Below, in pieces: positions 18,997 through 28,063 of a stretch of DNA of 36,511 nt. The stretch's first letter is position 1, and each line of letters opens with the position of its first letter. The stretch spans positions 1 through 36,511 of the forward strand of contig JAGHBS010000126.1 of the NCBI GenBank assembly GCA_021160865.1, given 5' to 3'. The notes under the pieces are model-generated. The model was not told where the DNA came from and searched no databases. It saw only the letters and a list, made by a program, of their open reading frames with translations. Made by a program: the position numbers and the translations under genes. The DNA comes from Planctomycetota bacterium. Lineage in GTDB: Bacteria > Planctomycetota > Phycisphaerae > SM23-33.

Positions 18997-19635
18997 TTAT
19001 CCTATTTTCATCCTTCGCCTTCGTCGGATAATTAACCCTACGGCGCCGAGGTTCAAAATCATCAGTGTTGCTGGTTCGGGTATTGGTGAGCCCGGGATTA
19101 TCATGTCTTGCTTACAATCGCTGTGTAGAACTAACATGTCCCATTGAGTTTGATAGCTATCCGGCAAGGTTGATAGCAGGTCATTGGCAGCCTGGGCAAC
19201 AGCTTCGTTCCCGGTGATGCTGAGATAGCCATCCGTTACATCGAAGTTATCAGATGTTTCGAAGATAACTTCCCAGATGGCGACGCCCAGAGCTGCTGCA
19301 TCGATGTTGTCCTGCACATCTTCGGAGTAGGTCTCGAACAGGAACGCTACCAGATCGCCATTATTCAGGCTCTCAATGGGCAGTTCGGTTACCTCACCGC
19401 TGCCGGCATAATGGTAAATATCAACGCAGTACGAGGCGTAATCAGTACCTTCGTAGCTAATAAGATACTGACCAGCCGATACTCGACAACCATCTGCCGG
19501 GCTACCAGCGGCGTGCAAAGTTACTTTTGAGTGTAATCCTATGCCCTTGTACGTCATGATACTTGCCGAAGCAACATGACATCCCATCACCAAAATTACC
19601 ACGACCGCAACTGTCATCATACTCTTTCGGATCAT
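18997..19635 (-). CDS. PEP-CTERM sorting-domain secreted protein
   Basis: The track ORF extends to 19704. I chose ATG 19635 (MIRKSMMTVAVVV...) because it follows a GGAGG Shine-Dalgarno. It has a signal peptide. The C-terminus is IPEPATLMILNLGAVGLIIRRRRR, i.e. PEP motif, TM and Arg cluster. Confidence 0.8.
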   Translation of the reverse strand: MIRKSMMTVAVVVILVMGCHVASASIMTYKGIGLHSKVTLHAAGSPADGCRVSAGQYLISYEGTDYASYCVDIYHYAGSGEVTELPIESLNNGDLVAFLFETYSEDVQDNIDAAALGVAIWEVIFETSDNFDVTDGYLSITGNEAVAQAANDLLSTLPDSYQTQWDMLVLHSDCKQDMIIPGSPIPEPATLMILNLGAVGLIIRRRRRMKIG

Positions 19636-20013
19636 TTTCCTGCCTCCTTTCTGGGCTTTGGGTAAGTTCCGGACCGATACGCATCGGCCGAAATCTTTAC
19701 CCATGATCTTTTTGATCTACCTCTCTTTTGTGACCGTTAGCTAAACCTAACTTGAACTTTGATTGTTGTATGCATTACTGCGTATTTGATGCTATGCAAA
19801 GTCCGTTAGCTATTTGTTGTCGCAGAATGTGAATCGTGTGCGTGCAGCTCAAAAGCGGTGAATTCTACAATGCTTGCGAGTATTCCTCCGCTGTTGATGG
19901 GTACTATTAAGATGTCAATTTCAATATACGACATAGATTCTCGCCTGGCAAATAAAACTTCATTTTTCTTATATCTGTGATTGCCCATTTCAATCGCCAA
20001 TACACTTTGAAAA

Positions 20014-20775
20014 TCAGCTATGGTTGATAATCGTTTTCCGGTGTAGCGGCGGCACTATGAGGATGCTTTCCAATGCTAATAATAAGATTGTAGTTGGCTC
20101 GGGTATTTCAGTGCCGATTGAGAAATCCATGTTCGGCGTGATGCCGGCTGGTGGAATTTCTAAATCTTTCCACGCTTCCTGTTCGTAGATTGACCATTGC
20201 GCATTACCTTTGCAGAAATCGCGCGGATATGGATATGGTGTCAGCGATAGGGATGTTAACCAGCCAAAATTTGTTGTATCAGGTTCAACTGGCAGGGCAG
20301 TTATACTAATCCAGTATTTCTCTCCTTCTTTTAAGAAGCAATTACTCTCGATGGGCATGTCTATTTGAAAGATATCCGCTTTGTTAGGATGATAATCTCC
20401 GGTGAGGGGGTCAAAGTACCAATGAAATAGCCCTTCATTTTTGTCGATGCGTCTTATGATGGGGTTTTCTACGAAGGTTTCCCACAATTTATTACCGGGT
20501 TTGCCGCTGGCATCGTTCATAATGCCGATATGAATTGCTTTAAACTTCCCGATCTTATTGTTTTCCCACGATCCTTTGATTAGTACGTTGCTTAGCAAAC
20601 CATCTTCTTTAACGGTGAAATCATCAGCAATTGATATAGGTAAAGATGTCTTCACTGATGTCATCCATGGGAATGGTTTTACCGGTGGAAGCGGCGGTAC
20701 AATCGGCTTGGCATAGGCGATTGAGCCTGACAGTAAAACTATTCCCACCAGAAGGCTCGATCTCCACTTATACAT
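20014..20775 (-). CDS. Secreted protein with a degenerate PEP-CTERM-like C-terminus
   Basis: 253 aa with signal peptide MYKWRSSLLVGIVLLSGSIAYA. The C-terminus is IPEPTTILLLALESILIVPPLHRK, i.e. PEP motif, hydrophobic stretch and a weak basic patch. GGAGG-type Shine-Dalgarno (AGGAGGTAATCGGAGGAAAGG). Confidence 0.72.
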   Translation of the reverse strand: MYKWRSSLLVGIVLLSGSIAYAKPIVPPLPPVKPFPWMTSVKTSLPISIADDFTVKEDGLLSNVLIKGSWENNKIGKFKAIHIGIMNDASGKPGNKLWETFVENPIIRRIDKNEGLFHWYFDPLTGDYHPNKADIFQIDMPIESNCFLKEGEKYWISITALPVEPDTTNFGWLTSLSLTPYPYPRDFCKGNAQWSIYEQEAWKDLEIPPAGITPNMDFSIGTEIPEPTTILLLALESILIVPPLHRKTIINHS

Positions 20776-20857
20776 AAGTCCTTTCCTCCGATTACCTCCT
20801 GAATAATTGAGCGATGAATCTGGCTACATTTATAGTTCGATTGCTTGCTACGAATGC

Positions 20858-20886
20858 AATTTACGATTTGTTTGTTGCTATGGCAA
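20858..20886 (-). promoter_or_regulatory. Candidate sigma70-type promoter for the 20014-20775 gene
   Basis: The minus strand reads TTGCCA (20886..20881), a 17-nt spacer, then TAAATT (20863..20858). This is about 80 nt upstream of the ATG. Confidence 0.25.
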
Positions 20887-21123
20887 ATCAGTCATATTGT
20901 TTTTGCCATTGGGATTTTTATGGAGATATTTACCAGGATGCGGATTGGAGAGGGTGATTAAAATTTCCTGTTGCATGAGGACTTTAGACGGCGAAACGAG
21001 TATCCTTGCGCCAGACCGGCTGACGAGGGATGTTCAGAGACTCTCTGTAGCATTAAGGACTTTGGTCCAGCCCTTATGGTTTATCCAGCAGAGGTTGGGA
21101 GGATGCTTATCGATAGTATCTGA

Positions 21124-22023
21124 TTATTTTTGAAGTACTTTTCTAATGGCTTTGATGTGCGCAGGGGTAGTGCCGCAGCAGCCTCCGATAAAGTCGGCAC
21201 CAGCTGCAACAATTCCTGGAACGTATGAAGCAAACTCTTCAGGACCCATTGGGAAGATAGTCTTGCCCTCGCGAAGAATGGGAATTCCTGCATTGGGTTT
21301 AATCCATATGAGTAATCGATTATTGGTGTCTTGCTGACGTTTGCTTATTGCCTGGTGAAGCATCTTTGCAAGTTTGGCATAGTTTTCAGGACCTGTGCCG
21401 CAATTTGCCCCGACAGCATCAGCGCCAGCATCGATAGCAGCAGATACCAGATCCTCAGGAGTGTTTCCCATCATCGTGGAGGTTTTTTCAGGTCCTGAAT
21501 CAAACGTCATGGAAACAATTACGGGTAAGTTGGTGCTTTCTTTAGCTGCTCTTAGGGCGAGGATAAGTTCGTCTAATTGTGCGAAGGTTTCGCAAAGGAT
21601 AGCCTGGACGCCGCCTTCTTCCAGGGCAGATGCCTGAGAGGCGAAAGAGGATTGAATCTCTTCCGGTGATATTTCACCCATCATCACAATCTTTCCCGTC
21701 GGTCCCATCGAGCCGAAAACCGCAGCTGAATCGCCTGCTACCTTCTTGCTTATCTGGGCACCCTTTCGGGCTAAAAGGTCAGCTGAATCAGCTAAACCGA
21801 ATTGTTCCAGTGCCAATCGGATTGACCGAAACGTATTGGTGAGGATAATCTCCGAGCCGGCTTCAATATAACTACGAGCGACCGCTTCAACGGCAGCAGG
21901 GTTTTCAATGTTCCATGCATCGGGGCATGCCCCTGTCGGTAATCCGTGAGCCTGAAGTTCGGTACCCCATGCACCATCACTAACGGTGACCTTTCCACGA
22001 TATTTATCCAGGTTTTCACTCAT
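21124..22023 (-). CDS. Homocysteine S-methyltransferase domain protein (stand-alone MetH N-terminal-like / MmuM-like)
   Basis: 299 aa. It has DGAWGTEL near the N-terminus. Zinc-ligand Cys contexts are VGANCGTGP and IGGCCGTTPAHI. Confidence 0.85.
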   Translation of the reverse strand: MSENLDKYRGKVTVSDGAWGTELQAHGLPTGACPDAWNIENPAAVEAVARSYIEAGSEIILTNTFRSIRLALEQFGLADSADLLARKGAQISKKVAGDSAAVFGSMGPTGKIVMMGEISPEEIQSSFASQASALEEGGVQAILCETFAQLDELILALRAAKESTNLPVIVSMTFDSGPEKTSTMMGNTPEDLVSAAIDAGADAVGANCGTGPENYAKLAKMLHQAISKRQQDTNNRLLIWIKPNAGIPILREGKTIFPMGPEEFASYVPGIVAAGADFIGGCCGTTPAHIKAIRKVLQK

Positions 22024-22175
22024 CGTTCACTGTGCCTTAGATAGGTTTACATGCCCGCAATAGGGTATCGGGGTTTATAACATAGTAAGCAGGTAATTTC
22101 CAACTTTATATTGGGGTCAAATTTTGGAGGATTTTTGGTTCGAACGGTAGGAGAGAAGGGTGGGGTGAGGTTTTT

Positions 22176-22225
22176 AGAAAATTTCCTGAGAAATTTTCTT
22201 GACATCAATCTGGATTACTTATACT
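22176..22225 (+). promoter_or_regulatory. Perfect 10-4-10 palindrome overlapping a promoter-like TTGACA / TATACT pair upstream of the MerR-family gene
   Basis: AGAAAATTTC (22176-22185), CTGA, GAAATTTTCT (22190-22199). The last T of the palindrome is the first base of TTGACA (22199-22204). TATACT is at 22220-22225, giving a short 15-nt spacer. Confidence 0.4.
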
Positions 22226-22269
22226 TTTTGCAAAATGTAAAAAGTATTACAAATCGGGTGTTCAAGATC

Positions 22270-22587
22270 ATGAAAAAACAGGGGATAAAGCAAATCGTTT
22301 CAAAGCGGTACATGCCGGCGAATAAGAGCCTTTACTCAGCAAGGAAAATCCCGCCAAAACTATATCGAATTGGGGAAATCGTTCAGTATTCAGGTTTGTC
22401 CCGACAAACCATACACAATTACACCACCATGGGCTTGATTACCGAGGTGTGCAGATCCTCCGGGGGACATCGCCTTTATGATGAAACCGTTTTCGCTCGG
22501 CTTGACCTGATAGAACAGCTAAAGCGCCGCAATAAATCAATGCGGGAAATACGAAAATATTTCGATGAAATGGATAAAGGCCGGTAA
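22270..22587 (+). CDS. MerR-family helix-turn-helix transcriptional regulator
   Basis: The track ORF starts at 22111. I chose the internal ATG 22270 (MKKQGIKQ...), which lies downstream of the promoter-like element. The MerR-type HTH is YRIGEIVQYSGLSRQTIHNYTTMGLI...GGHRLYDE. The exact start is uncertain. Confidence 0.7.
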   Translation: MKKQGIKQIVSKRYMPANKSLYSARKIPPKLYRIGEIVQYSGLSRQTIHNYTTMGLITEVCRSSGGHRLYDETVFARLDLIEQLKRRNKSMREIRKYFDEMDKGR

Positions 22588-22929
22588 TGGTAATGGGAGA
22601 GATGAAAATCCACAAAGCGAATGATATAACTTCTTTGAATAGAGGAAGATATGTTAACGACCAAAATTTTCGGGCTGTTTTCGATGGTAGAAAGCAATTT
22701 TTCACTTGCAGGTTATGGTAGAATAGGCAAAATACATAGAAAAAATAATATAAGGAAAATAAACAAAATTGCCGAAATTAATATTCTGTCATGTGTACGG
22801 TTTGGCAAAGAGCGTTTCTACACATCGTTTCTTAGCATGGCAGATACCTATCGAAGTATTGATTGCAAGGATTGTTGATGGATTGTTGTGAAAGAGAAGG
22901 TCAAGGATGACATTTCAAAGGAGTGAACT

Positions 22930-23721
22930 ATGGCTACGGTAACAGCGGCGGTTGATGACGAGGTGGTCCAGGGATGGTGGAAAGAATACACCAAGACCCA
23001 TAGCGAGGAAATTCGAAATCGTCTCATTGAGCATTATCTTCCTCTGGTTCGCTACACAGCGGAGCGACTTTATGCTCGGTTGCCCGATGAGGTCGAACTC
23101 GACGATCTTATATCAGCAGGGACCTTTGGCCTGATAGATGCAATCAGTGCCTTTGATATCAACCGGGGTGTGAAGTTTGAGACGTACTGTTCTCAGCGAA
23201 TTCGCGGGGCAATTCTGGACGAGCTGCGAAGTATGGATTGGGTTCCACGGCTTGTACGGAGCCGATCGCATAAGGTAGCCGAGGCAAGGAATGCCTTGGA
23301 GATGGAACTTGGCAGAAAGCCGACGGATCGCGAATTGGCTAAGAAGATGAAAGTATCAACAAAGGAGTTTCAAAAGCTCCAGCGTGATGCCCGTACCACT
23401 AATGTGGTTAGCCTATCGCGAAAATGGTTCGAGAGCGATTCCAACAAAGATGTTCGCGAAATAGACGTCCTGGAAGACAAACGGAGTGAAAATCCATTCG
23501 AACGTTTCCAGCAAAAGGATATAAAAGAATGGATTACTCGCGGACTAAGTAGGGCAGAAAGGCTTATCATAATTCTTTATTACTTTGAAGGGATGACGAT
23601 GAAGGAGATAGGCCAGACGCTGGATTTATCGGAATCGCGCGTCTCGCAGATGCATTCAGCCATTCTCGAACGTCTCAAGCAGCATTTGAGCGAAAATCGG
23701 CAAGGAGACAATGGTTTGTAA
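22930..23721 (+). CDS. fliA: RNA polymerase sigma factor, FliA/WhiG (sigma-28) family
   Basis: 263 aa. Region 2 reads YLPLVRYTAERLYARLPDEVELDDLISAGTFGLIDAISAFD..GVKFETYCSQRIRGAILDELRSMDWVPR. The region 4 HTH is MTMKEIGQTLDLSESRVSQMH. AAAGGAG Shine-Dalgarno. Confidence 0.85.
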   Translation: MATVTAAVDDEVVQGWWKEYTKTHSEEIRNRLIEHYLPLVRYTAERLYARLPDEVELDDLISAGTFGLIDAISAFDINRGVKFETYCSQRIRGAILDELRSMDWVPRLVRSRSHKVAEARNALEMELGRKPTDRELAKKMKVSTKEFQKLQRDARTTNVVSLSRKWFESDSNKDVREIDVLEDKRSENPFERFQQKDIKEWITRGLSRAERLIIILYYFEGMTMKEIGQTLDLSESRVSQMHSAILERLKQHLSENRQGDNGL

Positions 23722-24010
23722 GGTCGGGTGTTAGACCACCCCTCGTCGGTAGATTGGATACAAGGTATTCTTATCAGAGACTTCGACCTTGTCGGGGGTT
23801 TGTTGAAGTTCGTTGTTGCTCTTCGGAATACAGGTATTCATTTCGCGCAATTAGGCGCTTTGTCTCACGGTTTCGCCGAAATTCACTAATATTTCCCGCA
23901 TCTTTACAATAAAGTGGCATATTGTGCGTTTTTAATCTAAAATCTCCTAACGAACGATGAAACAATTATGAACGTTTTCGTGTTTTCGTAAGGTCTGGAG
24001 CATTGTCGAG

Positions 24011-25780
24011 ATGTCTGGTCTGGAAGAAGCTGCCTCCCGGAGGGTGTTTTTATCGGTGAGGCATTGTTTATCTTTTCTGCTGCTATTGGGGTTTACGGCA
24101 TCGGGTTGTAGCCCTGCACAGTATGCCCAACAAGCAGATCGTTCTGCAGGCAAGGTGATCTCCTGGGGGCAGGAATCCGCCTTGGGCAAGTCTGAGTCGT
24201 TCGACGTGAGGTATCATCCGCTTACTTGCGAGGATCGCAACGATCCGGGGGTAATCCTAATCGGCAAAAAGAGAATACCGATAGGAACAGGTCCGAAGCA
24301 ATCGCTCACACCTGCAGAATGTCTTGAGATTGCCTTTCGCAACAGCAGGGAGCTTCAGTTGCAGAAGGAGGATCTATTTAAATCGGCTTTGGCCTTAGCC
24401 AATGCACGAAGGGGCTGGAATTTCCCCTTGCTTACCGGGGACTTGACCGGTTCGGTTGAGCGGGGCAGGCAGGAAGGAACGACCGGCTGGGAAAACTCGG
24501 CCGATGCGGAATTGGGGCTATCAGCCCTGCAAAAACTCCGCGGGGGGGCTCAAATCAGTCTGGCTACCACGATAAGTTTGGCATCAGACCTGCTTGGAGC
24601 AGATAGCACTACAATAGGTTCGCTGATAGAGGCAAATCTCACCCAGCCGCTCTTGCGGGGGGCATGGCGGGACCTGGCGTACGAAGACCAGTACCGACTT
24701 GAACGCGATTTCGTAATAAGCGTTTTCAAGTACAAGCGATTCATCGAGACGTTCGCTGCCGAGGTTCTTACGAGTTATTACAAGGTGCTTCAGAAACGCG
24801 ACCGCTTGAAGAATGAGCAAGCCAATATCAAACGTCTTACCGAGACGCTGGCATTGACCCGGCTGCTGGTACAGGGAGGCCAGGTCTCGCGGATACAGCA
24901 GGATCAAGCCGAGCAAAATCTGCTCGAAGCCCGCGTACGCTACCAGCAGAGCCAGCAAAGTTACCGTAATGCGCTCGACGAGTTCAAGATGACGATCGGC
25001 CTGCCTGTTGGGGCGATGATAGAACTGGATTATCCCGATACGCTGATCAAGTTGAACAAGGCCGGTCCGGCTCCGATTCCCTTCAAGGAAGACGAGGCGA
25101 TCCAAATCGCCTTTTCATCGCGTCCTGATGTGCTTGAGGAAAAGGCGGCAGTTCGTGATTCGGCCAAGGATGTGGAAATCGCTGCCGATGCCTTCTTGCC
25201 GCAACTCGATGTCGTTCTGGGATACAGTGCCCCCGGCGGCAGGAGAAAACGTGATTTCTGGAACGTCCAGTTTCATCGTCATACGCGTCTTGCAGGGGTT
25301 AATTTCGAGTACGATTTGGACCAGACGGACAATCGCGATGCTTACAGGAACGCCATCATCGCGTATAACAAGGCAAGACGCGACTGGGAAGAATTGTGCG
25401 ACCGTGTACGCCTGGAGGTGCGACAGTCGTACCGCCTGTTGATTCAATCACGCAAGAGTTATGAATTGCAACTCCGCAACGTCAAGATTGCCTTGCGTCG
25501 CAGAAAGTTGGCTGCTCTACAGCAGAAGGAAGGTCAAGCATCAGCCCGTGATGTTCTCGAAGCCGAAGAGGCGCTCAGATCGGCACAGAACGGCTTGACC
25601 AGTGCGTTAATCGATTACACCACCACGCGATTGAAGTTCTTGGCCTCGCTGGGCATGCTTGAGGTGGACGAGAAAGGCTTTATACATGAACGAAAAGAAC
25701 CGCTCACTTACGGGCGAATCGAGCAGCAATACCGTTGTGGAATCCCGGAGCAGAAAGATGACAGGTTGGATTCGCAATAG
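24011..25780 (+). CDS. TolC-family outer-membrane efflux protein (lipoprotein-type signal)
   Basis: 589 aa with a lipobox-like LLLLGFTASGC. It has two OEP-type coiled-coil repeats. It is the first gene of an efflux operon. Confidence 0.8.
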   Translation: MSGLEEAASRRVFLSVRHCLSFLLLLGFTASGCSPAQYAQQADRSAGKVISWGQESALGKSESFDVRYHPLTCEDRNDPGVILIGKKRIPIGTGPKQSLTPAECLEIAFRNSRELQLQKEDLFKSALALANARRGWNFPLLTGDLTGSVERGRQEGTTGWENSADAELGLSALQKLRGGAQISLATTISLASDLLGADSTTIGSLIEANLTQPLLRGAWRDLAYEDQYRLERDFVISVFKYKRFIETFAAEVLTSYYKVLQKRDRLKNEQANIKRLTETLALTRLLVQGGQVSRIQQDQAEQNLLEARVRYQQSQQSYRNALDEFKMTIGLPVGAMIELDYPDTLIKLNKAGPAPIPFKEDEAIQIAFSSRPDVLEEKAAVRDSAKDVEIAADAFLPQLDVVLGYSAPGGRRKRDFWNVQFHRHTRLAGVNFEYDLDQTDNRDAYRNAIIAYNKARRDWEELCDRVRLEVRQSYRLLIQSRKSYELQLRNVKIALRRRKLAALQQKEGQASARDVLEAEEALRSAQNGLTSALIDYTTTRLKFLASLGMLEVDEKGFIHERKEPLTYGRIEQQYRCGIPEQKDDRLDSQ

Positions 25781-27353
25781 GTGGTTCAGAGTAGCGGTTT
25801 TGCCGACCTTGCTGGTGGGTATCATCGTCCTGGTGGTGCTCTGGAAGGTATCGGCTTCTTCATCGATTTCAATACATGGGCCTTCGACTGTGGTCGTCAG
25901 GGGGCCTTTGGTTGTGTCGATCACCGAGGCAGGGGAGCTGGAGGCCGCCAGGAAGACGGTAATTTCGAATGAACTGCGATGGCCGGTGATAATCAAGAGC
26001 GTCGTGCCGGAAGGTACAATCGTCAAGCCAGGGCAGGTTATCATACAGTTCGAGTGCAAGGAACTCACCGAGGCCATTGAGCGGCAGAAAATTGCACTTA
26101 CCAACGCGCAGAATGATTACACCCAGGCAAGTGAGAATTTGGCCTTGTTGAAGGAAGAGACCGCCAACATGGTCCGCAAGGCCGAGCAGGCAGTACTCAA
26201 TGCCCAGGAGAACCTTCGCCGGTACGAAGAGGGCGAATGGCCGGTGAGAAGGGGCGAGGCTCAAAGTGCAATCCAGATCGCCCAGCGCGACCTTACTCTT
26301 GCCCAGGCCAGACTTGATTTCAAGCTGAAGGTCAATAAGGACCCGGAATTGAACAGCCCATACAGCGCCAACGAGATCGAGGCGGACAAGTTAGCCGTTG
26401 CGAGACTTAAACTCGCCCTTGAAAAGGCGATATCCGAACAGGAGATGTTAATAAAGTATGATCACCCCCGCCAGCTTCGATCGCTCCGAACCGCATTGAG
26501 CGATGCGCAACTCGAACTCAAGCGTGCCAAGCTCGAAGCGCGGACCAAGCTGCGAATCGCCCAGACAAAGGCTCAGACTGCCAAGGCTACCCTGGATATG
26601 CAGAAGGCCAAACTCGACGATCTGCTCGAGCAGTACCGCAAGTTGGTAGTCAAGGCCGACAGGGGAGGATTGGTAGTCTACCGTACCAGTAGTAATCCCT
26701 GGCGCCAGGCAGAGGTGACCGTTGAGGTCGGCCAGAAGATTAACCCTCGCCAACGGCTTATGATAATACCCGATTTGTCGTCGCTTGAAATCAAGACGCG
26801 CGTATACGAAGCGATGATTAATCAGATACAGGAAGGGATGAAGTCTCCCCAGGGCATCAAGGCCTATATACGATTGGACGCCAGACCCGATTTGAAACTC
26901 ACCGGTAAGGTCTGGAGGGTAGCGCCACTACCCGATACCCAGCATCGTTGGTTGAATCCGGGCGTGAAGGTCTTCAGCGTGATTGTGAAGTTCGATAGGC
27001 AGGTTAAAGGGCTCAAACCCGGCATGACTGCACAGGTGGAGTTGGTACTCGCCCGTCTCGAGGATGTATTGTCTGTACCCATCGCGGCGGTATTTACCGA
27101 GCAGGACAAGACGTATTGTTGGCGGATTGTCGGAGGAAGGCTGGAAAAGGTCGAAGTGAAGGTCGGACGAATGAACGACCGGAGGGTGCAAATCGTTTCG
27201 GGTCTTAATCAGGGCGATAGAATCTTATTGTCTCCGCCGACTGTTTCTGCGGTGAAGGGTAAGCAGGTTGAACCAGCCAAACCTTCCCCGGCAGGCAGCG
27301 CCAGGCCTTTACGCAGGAACCGCGGCAGGAGACCTCGACGCAGAGGTACGTAA
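25758..27353 (+). CDS. Efflux transporter periplasmic adaptor (HlyD/MacA family)
   Basis: The track ORF starts at 25659. I chose ATG 25758 (GGAG 7 nt upstream; MTGWIRNRWFRVAVLPTLLVGIIVLVV). ATG 25686 is an alternative. It has a long coiled-coil hairpin, beta-barrel blocks and an Arg-rich tail. It overlaps the TolC-like gene end. Confidence 0.8.
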   Translation: MTGWIRNRWFRVAVLPTLLVGIIVLVVLWKVSASSSISIHGPSTVVVRGPLVVSITEAGELEAARKTVISNELRWPVIIKSVVPEGTIVKPGQVIIQFECKELTEAIERQKIALTNAQNDYTQASENLALLKEETANMVRKAEQAVLNAQENLRRYEEGEWPVRRGEAQSAIQIAQRDLTLAQARLDFKLKVNKDPELNSPYSANEIEADKLAVARLKLALEKAISEQEMLIKYDHPRQLRSLRTALSDAQLELKRAKLEARTKLRIAQTKAQTAKATLDMQKAKLDDLLEQYRKLVVKADRGGLVVYRTSSNPWRQAEVTVEVGQKINPRQRLMIIPDLSSLEIKTRVYEAMINQIQEGMKSPQGIKAYIRLDARPDLKLTGKVWRVAPLPDTQHRWLNPGVKVFSVIVKFDRQVKGLKPGMTAQVELVLARLEDVLSVPIAAVFTEQDKTYCWRIVGGRLEKVEVKVGRMNDRRVQIVSGLNQGDRILLSPPTVSAVKGKQVEPAKPSPAGSARPLRRNRGRRPRRRGT

Positions 27354-27358
27354 TAACT

Positions 27359-28063
27359 GTGAGTTCGTTGGTCTTGATGGAAAATATCTGGAAGACCTAC
27401 CAGTTGGGTTCGGTGGGCGTAACTGCACTTCGTGGAGTGGATATTCGCATTGAGCAAGGGGAATACGTCGCCGTGATGGGACCCAGCGGTTCTGGAAAGA
27501 GTACTCTGTTGAATCTGCTGGGTTGCCTGGACCGCCCGGAGAGAGGTAGTTATTACCTTGCCGGTCAGGATGTTTCCACGCTCGACGACGGGCAACTAAG
27601 CGAGATCAGAAATAAGAAGATCGGGTTTGTTTTTCAGAGTTTCAACCTCATTGCCCAGCTATCCATCGTTGAGAACATCGAGGTACCACTGTTTTACCAG
27701 GGCGTTCGACGACATCGAAGGCGCAAGCGGAGCATTGAACTGGCTGGCCTGGTCGGTCTGGGTGATCGACTGGAACACCATCCTGGCGAACTTTCCGGCG
27801 GGGAGCAGCAACGGGTGGCCATCGCAAGGGCACTGGCCAATGATCCCATGATACTGCTGGCTGATGAGCCGACCGGAAACCTCGACAGCAGCACTTCAGA
27901 TGAAATCCTCGCTGTGTTCGATGAATTGCACCGCCAGGGCAGGACAATCGTAATGGTCACTCACGAACAAAGCGTAGCCCAGCACGCCCAGCGCTGCATT
28001 CACCTACGCGATGGGCTTGTTGAATCTGACGGTCCATGCGGTGGAGATCATGTTGACAGATGA
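27359..28063 (+). CDS. ABC transporter ATP-binding protein, MacB/LolD-like
   Basis: GTG start. Walker A GPSGSGKST, signature LSGGEQQR, Walker B ILLADEPTGNLD, H-loop VTHE. Confidence 0.9.
   Translation: MSSLVLMENIWKTYQLGSVGVTALRGVDIRIEQGEYVAVMGPSGSGKSTLLNLLGCLDRPERGSYYLAGQDVSTLDDGQLSEIRNKKIGFVFQSFNLIAQLSIVENIEVPLFYQGVRRHRRRKRSIELAGLVGLGDRLEHHPGELSGGEQQRVAIARALANDPMILLADEPTGNLDSSTSDEILAVFDELHRQGRTIVMVTHEQSVAQHAQRCIHLRDGLVESDGPCGGDHVDR

Noticed and set aside
19270-19430. YCVD ... AAALGVAIWE in the first PEP-CTERM protein resembles the Cys and TQxA(I/V)W signatures of thioester (TQXA/TED) adhesin domains.
   Set aside because: The position equivalent to the thioester Gln is Gly. The Cys-to-motif spacing is about 47 aa, far shorter than the roughly 150 aa I recall for characterised thioester domains. 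Any homology would need a profile search, so I did not claim it as a feature.
19806-20000. 64-aa minus-strand ORF (TTG start) between the two PEP-CTERM genes.
   Set aside because: It has no Shine-Dalgarno and no recognisable motif, and its composition is typical of an intergenic region. It cannot be supported from the sequence alone.
22651-22878. 75-aa plus-strand ORF in the AT-rich spacer before the sigma-factor gene.
   Set aside because: It is Lys/Asn/Ile-rich with low-complexity AT-driven composition. It has no Shine-Dalgarno and no motif. It is more likely non-coding leader sequence.
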